A model generated the notes under the pieces. It had not been told where the DNA came from. It made no database searches and was given only the letters and a program-made list of their open reading frames with translations. This document shows positions 1 to 11,014 of a stretch of 64,000 bases of DNA, in pieces. A program made the translations under genes and the position numbers. Position 1 is the first letter of the stretch. Each line of letters begins with the position of its first letter. The DNA is taken from assembly GCF_006345805.1 (NCBI RefSeq), contig NC_043008.1, positions 57,474,001-57,538,000 of the forward strand, read 5' to 3'. Origin of the DNA: Octopus sinensis. Lineage: Eukaryota.

Positions 1-345
1 ATATTAGATGCAATGGTTCTGATGGTATGGGGTACTGTTGTATTTTGTGCTTTGTCCTTTGTTATAGTATTGGCTAGCTGAGTAGATTTTAGATGCAATG
101 GTTCTGATGGTATTGGGTACTGTTGTATTTTGTGCTTTGTCCTTTGTTATAGTATTGGCTAGCTGAGCAGATATTAGATGCAATGGTTCTGATGGTATGG
201 GGTACTGTTGTATTTTGTGCTTTGTCCTTTGTTATAGTATTGGCTAGCTGAGTAGATTTTAGATGCAATGGTTCTGATGGTATGGGGTACTGTTGTATTT
301 TGTGCTTTGTCCTTTGTTATAGTATTGTCTAGCTGAGTAGATTAT
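1..345. repeat. 85-bp tandem repeat, 4 copies visible (may extend left of the window)
   Basis: Unit atattagatgcaatggttctgatgg...gctagctgagtag restarts at 1, 86, 171 and 256. Confidence 0.95.
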
Positions 346-392
346 ACTTACTATTTCTATTCGTAATCCCAGAATTTTTCATATAACTTTCT

Positions 393-1606
393 TTTATAAG
401 CCACACAGGGCTGAATACAGAGGGGACAAATACAAATGTAGAGCTTTTCTTTTAGAGGGTTGAAAAAAAGGAAAGCAAATGTAAGATTTTGATCAAAAGG
501 GGGTCGAGAGGAGGTGGGGGGAAATCCTGTATCACAGAAACACTTCTTTTAAAAAAACATTGATAAAAGAGGATTGGGTTCATCCGTGGGGAGAAAATCC
601 TACAGAAAAGACCACGGGACCTCAGTCAGGGAGGAAATAATCACACGAGAGTAAAATGCTCTCTCTCTCTCTTTTTTACGATTTACAGGGTCATGCTCAA
701 AATGGTTTCGTCACTCGCACGCACCATCTTTGCAACATTCACCCATCTCTTTTTTAATCTTTCGCGAGACAAAACATCCCTCCCCATTCTCACCTTCCTT
801 TTCAAGTGGTACTTGAAAAAGTTGATGAGCGATTGGCCAGATAGGTAAGTGTTTGTCTCTAATCCTTTGGCTTGGGTCTACCACACACATTCTTTCACCA
901 TGGCCACCAGTACGGTGAAAACTGCTTTGCCTTCCCGGTTGAAGGAAGGGGGTGGAGCAATTTTCACGATAGACTCGGCCGATAGGTGAACTCGTCCCAC
1001 ACGTGACAGCAGCCGTTCGGCATAAGCCCACAGGTCTGAAATGGTTGGACATTGCACGAGTGCGTGCAGAACGGTTTCTTCGCTCTGACCGCATCTCGGG
1101 CAAGTCAGTCCAGTGTGTCTGGAACCGTATCTGTAGAGCTTATCCCGAACAGGTAATGCTTCTCGATAGCACTGCCAGGCCAGGGATCTTTGGTCATTGT
1201 TCATAGGTCCCGGCCTGAAAGTTGTCCTGAACTTTCCTCGTCGACGCCCAGACTCTGCCCGAGATCGTCATCGCACCTCCCCTTCACTAATCCTCTATAG
1301 AACGCCTTTGTTGTGATGGAGTCGCACAAGTTTGATCCCGGACGGCAGAGTTGCTTGAGAGCAACGTGACACTCGCGGTGCCATTCACCTAGCCTCGGTC
1401 TCTGCTTGATCCATGACAGTAGTTCGGCCAAGGAGATGAGCTGCAGGAAAGCGCGCCGCACAAAAGGCGACCACACCCGATCACCGTCGTCTATGAAGCG
1501 CCGGAGATGTTGCAGTCTCAGTGCATGTCTGCGCATCATCAACCACGGCATGCCCAGCCCTCCATTTAGCGGGTGTTGACAGCAAATTGATCGCCCCAGT
1601 TCTTCT
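393..1606 (-). mobile_element. Tx1/L1-clade LINE, ORF2 3' fragment and 3' UTR (frameshifted)
   Basis: ORFs 878-1204 and 1201-1551 give GGLGMPW..., LAWQCYREALPVRDKL, CPRC...ETVLHALVQCP (zf-RVT region). The 3'-end motif gccacacagggctg is shared with the copy at ~6690. Confidence 0.9.
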
Positions 1607-1632
1607 CCATTTGGAGGTCCAGGCTGAACCAG

Positions 1633-2011
1633 ACTCTTTTACTTGTTTGTCAGTTGACTGTGGCCATGCTGGAGCACCGCCTTTAGTCGAGCAAATCGAC
1701 CCCGGGACTTATTCTTTGTAAGCCCAGTATTTATTCTATCGGTCTCTTTTGCCAAACTGCTAAGTGACGGGGGACATAAACACACCATCGGTTGTCAAGC
1801 GATGCTAGGGGGAACAAACACAGACACACAAACATGCACACACACACACACATACACATATATATACACACGACAGGCTTCTTTCAGTTTCCGTCTACCA
1901 AATCCACTCACAAGGCTTTGGTCGGCCTGAGGCTATAGTAGAAGACACTTGCCCAAGATGCCAGGCAGTGGGACTGAACCTGGAACCATGTGGTTGGTAA
2001 ACAAGCTACTT
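1633..2011 (-). mobile_element. tRNA-derived SINE (octopus-type) with internal CA/TA microsatellite
   Basis: B-box-like GGTTCAGTCCC on the minus strand at 1970-1980. Body resembles abundant octopus SINEs (recognition from memory). Confidence 0.75.
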
Positions 2012-2309
2012 TATTTCATAAATTTGTCATATAGACAGTACAAAGAGTGAATGAAAATGAATTATAATGAATAAATGAGACGAAACCCAACACCTGCCAA
2101 TTGGATTTTTCTCAAACATATTTTCCTGTTTTTTTTTTTTTTTAAATCAATATAAGGTTTCGAAACTTTTACAAGGAGGAGGCACTAAAACCTCTTACTT
2201 AACATATTTTCTTTTTTCTTTCTTAAAACACAAAATTGAGGTTATAAACCATTACAAAATAGTCCAATTAGGTGAGGTTTCAAACTCTGTAACGAGGGTC
2301 TTTCACTGC

Positions 2310-4700
2310 CTACTCTTCGATATATCCATCGGTATATTCATCATTATCTTCAATGCCGCTTGAGTTCCTGTATCTCGCCATTTCCCATGCCTCACTCATG
2401 TAGGACATGTAAGTCGTGAAAGGGCCACCCGGCCATATGCGACACTCCTCCCCAAATCCTTTAAGCCTTTCCCACAAGGGAAACCTTATGACCTCCACAG
2501 CTATCTGCGGAGGCCATTCGGGATCCCGTGTGAAGGGCATATCTACTGTTTCTTTAAATTCTGCTATTTTTCCACCTCCCCGCCCTTGTAGAAAAAGATA
2601 ATTAATTGATCATCTTTAAGGGTGGGGGTGGTTTCTTCCACCATGGGTGGCACAACTTCGGGACATGCAGTCGGCACATCATCTCCCTGCTGAGATGACC
2701 CGTTCTTTTTCTTTCTTTTTTTTCTTTTCTTCCTGGCTTCGGGAGAGTGGAGCCCTTCCTCTTTGTCCGGAGACTCTCCCCCGCCTCCCGAAGCCATAGG
2801 TTTCTTCAGTGGGCAACTATTGTTGCCCGCCTTCTTCCTTTTTAATCCTTTTTGAGTTGAGGAGGCTGAAGCCTCCTCGACCACATCCACCTCTCCCTTT
2901 GACCGGGTAGGGGAGGTGGCATCTAGTGACTGTTCCAGGACCTTACCGTGGTCCTGGGGGCAGTTCCTTTTAATGTGGCCTGGCTGCAGGCACGAGTGAC
3001 ACTTTGGGGGACGCCCCTCGAGTATCACCGGATACCTGCAGCCAGCCATTTTCAAGAAACCTGGAAAAACCAGTTCTGTTGCGGCCGATGGGGACCACAG
3101 GGTCAAAATCGCTTTTGACCCTTCCCAATCGACTGCTGGCAATACTCTTACATTTAAGAGCCTGGGAAAGAATTCTCGATCCTGCACATATCATTTTCGA
3201 GTAGGACCTCCGCAGCAAACTGTGGTGTGGGTAATAAAGCTGGCTTTTTTGTTCTTTCCGGCTGTTGTTGTTGTTGCTGCTGTTTTCTTGTGGCAGATTT
3301 GCAATCTTTTTTTAGATGTTGCTCACTGCCGCATATGTAGCAACGTGCTCTTCTGCCCTCGACGACCACATACAACTTGTGGTCTTCTGATATCTGGGTG
3401 GGTATTTTCTTGATGGCATCTTGGTTGATGTGTAGTAGAAATTATACTCTTTTTCCCACCCAGTTTTTGTGTTCAGTGACCGTGGTTTGTAAAATTTTGA
3501 AATCGTCTATTTCCACACTTATGGCCAATGCTAGCCATAGTGTCCGCTATTTGTGGAACATTGTTTAAGATGACCTTAGTCACTCTCTGTCCACTGTAGC
3601 TAGGTATCATTGTAAGTTCATCCGAATGAAGAGTTAGCATTGAGAATCGTCTTGCTAACTCTTCAGTGTGGAAAACTACTTGTATATGTGCAAACTTGTT
3701 CCACCAGGTCACATATTCTTTGAAGTTCCAGATAGGTTGCAAGCATTTTTCGATTTTGCTTGTGTTAGCCTTCTCTGGACTTTTTGTCTTCTTATTGATT
3801 ATTTTATATATAATAATTCTTTTTTTTTCATTGTCTAATATTTCTTGTGGTATGTTTATTTTTACTATACCATCTACTTCCGTTATTAAAATTTTCGTAT
3901 CTTTTATCTGTTGTGCAGTAAAAGATACTGTTGTCTTTTTTTCTTTTATCGCCTCGGCGAAATTTGTTGTTGTTTTGTTATTGTTGTTGTTGGCTGCAGT
4001 TGGTAAAATCAGTGTATTTGGTTTGATTGTGCAAGTAGGAAGGGGTGGAAAATTACTTGCATAATTTATCCCTGTATTCGAGCAGCTTTTGTCAATTTGT
4101 TTGGTGGCCACAGTCTTTTGTTTATCTCCTTCAGTTCTTGGTGTTGGAGGAAACAAAGTCTGAAAGGAATTGTTGTTTTTATTTTTGTTGTTGGTGTTGG
4201 CGGTGGTGTCAGTGGCAGCAGATATAGAAATGGTGACGCAATTGTTGTTATTCTTGTTGTTGGTAGTTGTGGTGGTGGTGGTGGTGTTGATTTCAGTTTT
4301 ATCTTTTTTTCTTTCAGCATGTTTGCCGATTGTATTTTGCAAAACAGGGAAATCTTTGTTAGAAACATAATAGAATATTTTTCTACTATAAGATTTCTCG
4401 ACATTATTTTTTTCCAGGAAAAATAAAAATAAATTGATGAAAATTGCCACTATGGGCAAATTCTATATTTAAAAAGACTCAAACGAAAGTTGGGCGTTTG
4501 AAAAGTTGAAAAACTCCGACAATGTAGAACGTAAACAATGAATGCAAACGAGAGAGAGAGAATAGCGTTTGTATGTTATTAGAAATGCTTCGCCGACATT
4601 GTGTGAAAAAACAAGTTATTACAGCAAAATTTTTATATATATTCGAGGCTGAAAATGCCCCTAGGGGCAAAATCCCTTCCGGAAAACACACCCAGATGAA
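2310..4700 (-). mobile_element. Tx1-like ORF1 region: 5' UTR plus two tandem ORF1-like segments, each with a CCHC zinc knuckle; no ORF2
   Basis: VEGRRARCYICGSEQHLKKDC (3154-3375) and LEGRPPKCHSCLQPGHIKRNC (2564-3187). 3473-4459 resembles ORF1 at 59892-61316 (IIIYK...IEKCLQPIW vs IVIYK...VEKCLAPVW). Confidence 0.8.
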
Positions 4701-5216
4701 AGCTGGGTGTCTTACACACTCCGTGTGCAAAATTTAAAACAAAACTTTTTCAAAAACACAATAAAATAAGCAGTTAACTTATGAGCTGATCTGTCAATGA
4801 ATACTATCAAACGAGATAGATAGATAGAATTTTCCATATATATATATATGTGTGTATATCTAGCAGAACATACATACATATAATCTAACTATATTTAATA
4901 GATTTAGTGTGTAGTAGAAAACCTATTCCTAATGCACGGTTGGTGAAAGATGGACTGTCTGAAAGTGATAGACTGGCATATTGAAGGCAGGTTTGTTATT
5001 GATCTAAGGATACCAATACTATATCATCACTGATAGCGAAAGTACAATTGTCATAGAAACTAGAAATTCTGTTGTCAAGGGCAACAATACTAATTTTTCT
5101 CACCAAAAGATACATTGACCAACAAGGAAATAGGAGAATCATATTACATTTATATACAGCTATATGTATGAATAGATGTGTGTATTCTTCCCTTGTTAAA
5201 ATATATACATATCACT

Positions 5217-6380
5217 ATACAGGCTGGGCCAAAAGTCATGTATTAAGATTAATTTATATTGCACATTTCATAAACAACACTTTTATATTTAATTACAAAC
5301 AAAATAAATAGTTAAGTTAATTTTTTGGCTCAAAAAGCAAAAAGCAAGGCCATGTAGGGGGACATGGAGTTATGTACAGGGAGGGTGTTCATGCAAAGAG
5401 TTCAGGCCATTTCTGGTCAAGAGAGACTTTGAACCGAGCGGTTGTCGGTATCTTCACTATCTCAACCAGCAGCTTATTCCACGGATCCGCAACCCGGATG
5501 GAGAAAGCCCCCTCTCCTTCGATTGCAAGTGTTGGAAATGGTCAACTTCTGTAGCTCAGCATAACGCCAGAAAATACTCCAGTAAAGCAGAATCCCATTT
5601 GATGTGATGATAGGCATCAATAATCCGTTTTTGTTATTGGTCCAAATCTGTGATTTAAGTTCATTGGATTAAGATCAGGTGATCTAGGGGCCCACTCCTC
5701 TGTTCCTCTTTGATCAATCCAATAGTTAAGTTTCCTTAAACCAATTATGCACACTCAGTACTTAATGGGGTAGAGCTCCATCTTGCATGAACCATACAGG
5801 TTTCCCCTCCCTCAGCAACTCAGTAACACCAGCTGATGCAACAGTTTTGCATGCAGCCCTTTAGGATAGTTTTGTGAAAAAGAATGGGCCTAAAACCTGG
5901 TTTCTCCATAATCGGCACCAAACCATTAATTTATGACAACTATGTTCTTTGATGGCTTCCATCCAATGAGGATTTTCTTTCAAGTAATAATGGCAATTTT
6001 GTCTATTTACCTTGCAAAGAAATTTGCTTTATCACTTCCATTCATCTATTGGCATCGTCTTTATACCATTTGCTTAGGAGTTGCAGTCTCATAAGGATGG
6101 AAATGTTTGCTGTTTATTATTCATTGCATATGATGAGTGACATCTTCCTCTGGATTCACATTGATTTCTTTGGTCTATTTTTGATCTTTTTTATGACAGA
6201 TACACGTGTCTCGTTTGATATCACTGGGTGGCCACTTCAGGATTTGTCATGCATACTGCCTGTTGCATGAAATTTGTGGACTAATTGACTAATTTGTATG
6301 AGATATGGCTTTTCCAGGATGCTTTTTGGTTGAAGGTGTTATTGGTGGTTCTATTGGTTGCACCATCGTCATCAGACTGA
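5217..6380 (-). mobile_element. Decayed Tc1/mariner-superfamily transposon
   Basis: Minus-strand remnants LVHKFHATGS, GPFF, WFMQDGA, WAPRSPDLNP. TIR-like tacaggctgggcc at ~5217. Confidence 0.75.
5330..5530 (-). mobile_element. CR1-clade LINE 3' terminus nested in the Tc1 remnant
   Basis: Minus strand reads FSIRVADPWNKL...TARFKVSLD, a typical CR1 ORF2 C-terminus, followed by a short-repeat tail. Confidence 0.7.
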
Positions 6381-6534
6381 AGAATAAATTCAATATTCTC
6401 TAGAATTATCAAAGACATGTTTAAGTGTTTCTAAAATAGAATATAATAAATAGAAAAATGATGAATATATACATACTTGTGTATGGTGAACAAAATGAAT
6501 AATGATGGATTCAAATTTTGCCACAAGGGCAGCA

Positions 6535-6650
6535 AAGATGAAAGGCAAAGTTGACCTCAGTGGAATTTGAACTCTGAACATTAGCTACTGATGAAATACC
6601 ACCATGCATTTTGCCCATCATGCTAACGACTCTGCCAGCTCACCACCTTC
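6535..6650 (-). mobile_element. SINE 5' head (octopus-type)
   Basis: Minus strand ggtggtgagctggcagagtcgttagc...gagttcaaattcc...gtcaactttgcctttcatc with A- and B-box-like motifs. Confidence 0.7.
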
Positions 6651-6654
6651 CGTA

Positions 6655-7900
6655 ATACTAATGATAATAATAATTAATTCTTTTTATTGGCCACAAGGGC
6701 TGACACACATGATTAGAAAACATAAAGGGACGAAAGATTACAAAGGGTTTTGTCCGGTTGTGAAAAAATCGTGTAAAAACAGTGTAACAATCAAATAATA
6801 TAACAACGAAAAACTCCCAATAGGGGGAGGCGCTTCGAAAGGTTCCTGGTGGAAAAAACCCCATAAAAGCCAACGGGAGCCTGGTCAAAAGTGGGGTAGA
6901 GAGCCCCTTTCTCCTTTTATAAAACCTTTTTCAATCACAGGCGAAACCTGAGAATTGGTCCATTTATACTGGCCATTCTCGCACAATTCACCCACCTTTC
7001 AGAAAACTTGCTATCGGACAGCACTCTCCTCTCTAACCTCATCTTCCTTTTCAAGTGAAACTTGAAAAAGTTGATGAGGCCTTGACCAAAGAGGAAAGTG
7101 TCTGACTTTAGCCCTTTCAAACGGGTCCACCATACAACCTCTTTCGCCACAACCACTAGGCACAAGAAAACGGCCTCGCCCTCCTTGTTAAAGGAGGTCG
7201 GCGGGGCAATCTTCATTATGGATTCGGCTGATAGCCGGATCCGTCCTATACGTGACAGTAGCTGTTCGACATAAACCCATAGTTCAGCAATACTCGGGCA
7301 CTGGATGAGTGTGTGCAGAACGGTTTCGTTGTCCTGGCAACACCTTCGGCAGGCCTGGCTGACGGCACTTCCGTGCCGGTAGAGTTTATCCCGAACAGGC
7401 AGAGCCCCTCGGTAGCACTGCCAGGCAAGCGACCTCTGGAAATTATCCATTGGCCCCGGCCCGAAAGTCCTTCCGAACAGACCGCTCAGTTTGTTATCGT
7501 CAACGCCTAGAGTTTCCCCGAGAATGTCGTTGCATTTTCCTCCACTAACCCTCTATAGAACGCCAGAGTGGAGCTGAAACCGATCGCATTGCCCGCCTGG
7601 TGGAGGGTGGAGAGAGCTTGACGGCACTCAAGGTGCCAAGCGCCCTTTCTCGGTCTACGTTTGATCCAGGTCTGCAGCTCTGTCAAAGAGACGAGCTGCG
7701 TAAAGTCGCGTCTGACATAATATGACCACACCTGTTCACCGTCTAGGAAACGCTTGAGATGTCGCAGCCTGAGCGCATGTCTGCGCATCAGTAACCACGG
7801 CATGCCAAGGCCTCCGTTCAGCGGTCGTTGACAGCAGATGGATCGCCTGACCAGTGGCACCTGACCCTTCCACAAAAAGTCGAAGAGCAGGTGTACCACC
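6655..7900 (-). mobile_element. Tx1/L1-clade LINE ORF2 3' fragment and 3' UTR
   Basis: ORFs 6935-7450 and 7507-7905 (FDFLWKG, NGGLGMPW, LAWQCYRGALPVRDKL, CRRC...HTLIQCP); paralogous to 393-1606. Confidence 0.9.
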
Positions 7901-8280
7901 GGCAATGTCCCGTTTTTCTTTTTCTTCTTTGTTTTCCTCGAGCCACTGGAGGGTGAAGTTCTTCCGTTTTGTCCAGAAGATTTTCCTTCCCTCCCATAGC
8001 CTTCGGATCCTTTTTTCCCCTTTTTTCAAGGAGATCTCTATCTCCTCAACTGCCTCCTTCTCTTTCTCCAATGGGGGAGTAGGGAACGCTATTTTTAATA
8101 ACTTCTCCAGGACCTTACCTTGGTCTTGAGGACAGTTCTTTTATAATGTGACCTGGTTCCAGGCACAGGTGACACTTGGGGGGGGCGGTAGCATCCCTCA
8201 AGCATCACCAGATACCTAGATCCAGCCATTCTCAAAAAATCTGGAAATACCAGATCTTTGGCTGATTAGGTCCATAGGAT
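7900..8280 (-). mobile_element. Tx1-like ORF1 fragment fused directly to the ORF2 3' fragment
   Basis: 8100-8280 is similar to 2930-3110 (FLRMAGSRY..LEG, CHLCLEPGHI knuckle). Confidence 0.7.
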
Positions 8281-8619
8281 TGATGACAATCTAAACTGTC
8301 AAACATCTAAAACATTGATGTTGGGTGTGTACCACATAAAATCGTACACTGCCATACAGGATATGAATCTGTATTGTCCTTCAGGTGTTTTCCAGCTACT
8401 TTCTAATTGATATTGCATTCTGTACCTCCTTCTTTTCATTGGCAGGTATAGTTTGTGTAGTTTGGAAGATGATACCGGGCTTCACAAGTCCTGTTACACT
8501 TGTTACGATGCTCTCAACAAAGGACACGACAATAGTTTTGTGCAGTCAGACATGTTTTTATTGTTTTAACGTATAAATATGTGTTTAAATATTAACAACA
8601 ATCAACGTAACTGCCTCCA

Positions 8620-9545
8620 GCAGTGAGAATGCTCTCCAGGTAAGACCTGAAGGCTGTGCACACATTGTGGACAAAGTCCTTCATACTGGCCCACATGCAA
8701 TTGACGGAGTACTTCATTTCATCAATGTTGCTGTGGTGGACCATGCAGTCCTTGCCCTTGACATGTGCCTATACGCTAAAATCAGTTGGATTGGGGTCAG
8801 GCAACTGCAACGGCCAAAATCCTTTGACCAGAAGTTCATGTTTGACGCCATCCATTCTCACACAACCCTAGCCATGTGGGCCAGGGCACTGTGCTGCTGA
8901 AAGACGTAGTTGGTCTTCTTCATGATATTTTTCACCCAGGGCAGGACTTTCATAGCCATGATGTCCCTGTTGTTGGCTATGATGAGCCTGTAACTGGTTG
9001 CGAACCACACTGTCATCATCTTCTTGCTATCTGAAGTCACAACGCAAAGCATCATCAGGTTGTGGGCATGTAGCAGAGCTTAGAGATTTGCTGGCTGAAG
9101 CTGATCAAGGGGTCGTTCTGATTGTTGATGACTGGATTGACCATGAAGGTGTTTTCATCAGAAAACATGAGAATCCACTTGCCATGACACTTCAAGTTGT
9201 TGAGTAGGTGATAACAGTGCTCCCAATGATATTCTTGCATATGGTCTGTGAGCAGAGACCTTTCTATGCACCTCAAGCTCTTGACATTCCTGGACACTGT
9301 TGCCACTGAAATGCTGTTGTCCTTCATGAGTGCAGTCATTTTAAGCTTCTGGTCGCTTTCGAAGGCTTTCTCTCCGCCAAACTGTTGACAATTTCATGTC
9401 TGTTTGATTGAGGTTGATCTTAGAGGTTTTTCTTGTTCTTAAGAAGCCTCACTGTGAATCTGTGGACAGTCATTTGGCTGACATTTAGCTGTTTGGCAAT
9501 GTTGGACTTGTGGCCCATGTGCAGGAGAGCAGAAATCTCGATTTT
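8620..9545 (-). mobile_element. Decayed Tc1/mariner transposase
   Basis: FSDENTF, YVFQQHSALAH and NMNFWSKDF remnants; HTH-like NIAKQLNVSQMTV. Paralog at 25690-26300. Confidence 0.8.
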
Positions 9546-10354
9546 TTTTTTTTTTTTTTTCTTTCCCCCTCTCATTTCCATCATAATGGAAATTATGAGC
9601 AAGATGAAATTACGAACGGAATCAACAACCAAGAGACTTAAATATTACTCAGTGATTGCTGCCAATTCTTGAGAGATAGTTTTGGATAGCTGAGTAGTAT
9701 TTGCAACTTCATTCTAAACTTTTTTTTATACTTTCTGCTTTTTCCCATTGTCATTTCTACCCACTTTGGTTATTCTCAGTTTTCTCTAATCCGCACCTGT
9801 TACCTTGCCTCTCTCTCCCTCTCTTTCTTTTCCCTTTTTGTCCTCTCTTCTCCCCTTCCTCCCCCTTTTCTCTATTTCTTCCATCTTCATCCTTTCTTTC
9901 CCTGTTTTTATCTTCTCCTCTCACCTCTTTTTTCTCTTTGCGCTTTTTGATTTTTTTCTCCCCACACTTTTAAATTTTTCCTCCCCATGTCTTTATTTAC
10001 CTCTTCTCCCCCCCCCTCCTTTTTTCCCCTTCTTTCTCTTCTCATTTTACATTCATGCCCGATTACAAAGCTTTCCTCCTTGATCTCCACAAGCGCCTAA
10101 AACAACACCTCCCCCTCTTCCCTACGCATTTTCAAAAAAACTTGTTTCTCTAGTGACATTTCATTTCTTAGTCACTGCTTTCATCACCGCCTCATCCTTA
10201 AAGGTTTCCACCTCCATTTTCACCTCACTCTCCACTCTGCTACAACCATCCTACCCATACTCCTCCGTACTGCATTCTGCCGCCTTAGGCGTGCCACCAT
10301 TCGCTCTAATCTCTCCAAAATACACCCCTCTTCTACCCATCCATAATTGACCTA

Positions 10355-10798
10355 TCCTTATCATATAAGAATTATATCTGATGTCTTTGTGGACAACATT
10401 TCTGACTTTTCCTTCTAACACATGGAGATCTTTTGCAATTGACCTCATGGACTTTCTGGGTCTGTTGACTTACTGGATAAATTCATGTGTTCTGATGATT
10501 TCAGAGTGTTTAGAATGCTTTTTATGCTTTGATACTGGTGATAGGTTTCCATCATCAGTCTCTAGCACTTTTCAAACTTTGTAGACGAAAGATCTGACAC
10601 CTTTTAAAAATCGAGGTATTTCTAAATTGCTATGCTCAGCCTTTGTAACCCACAATAACAACACACCTCTTTATTTTTTGAGTAAGCTGATGGTCTTTCA
10701 TTATTATTTTCTGGAACAAAGATTATACAGAGTTAGCAAAAAATGCAGCAATGACCCCCCCCCCAAGTTATGTCCTCAAATAACTTAAGCACCCTGTA
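10355..10798 (-). mobile_element. Tc1/mariner 5' fragment with TIR
   Basis: MRSIAKDLHV..VRNVVHKDIRY HTH. Terminus caccctgta (TACAGGGTG on minus) at 10790-10798. Confidence 0.7.
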
Positions 10799-10923
10799 GT
10801 TAGATAAGAATACACATACATCTAAAAAAAAGCAAATAGATAAATAAATAAATACACGTACAAATAAATAAATATATATATATATATATATACGCGAGAA
10901 AGAAGCAACAAGAATGGATAGGT

Positions 10924-11014
10924 TTTTAGTACGATCGTTTCATACAAGGACAGGTTTTATTAAAAGTTGCAAAGATTACAGCATATAAACGAGTCCCGTA
11001 CTCATCAGCTAAAA
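10924..11014 (-). ncRNA. Hammerhead ribozyme, inverted pLTR copy
   Basis: Reverse complement of 13932-14022. Confidence 0.85.

Noticed and set aside
9720-10140. Phe/Leu/Ser-rich membrane-protein ORFs
   Set aside because: Polypyrimidine low-complexity sequence.
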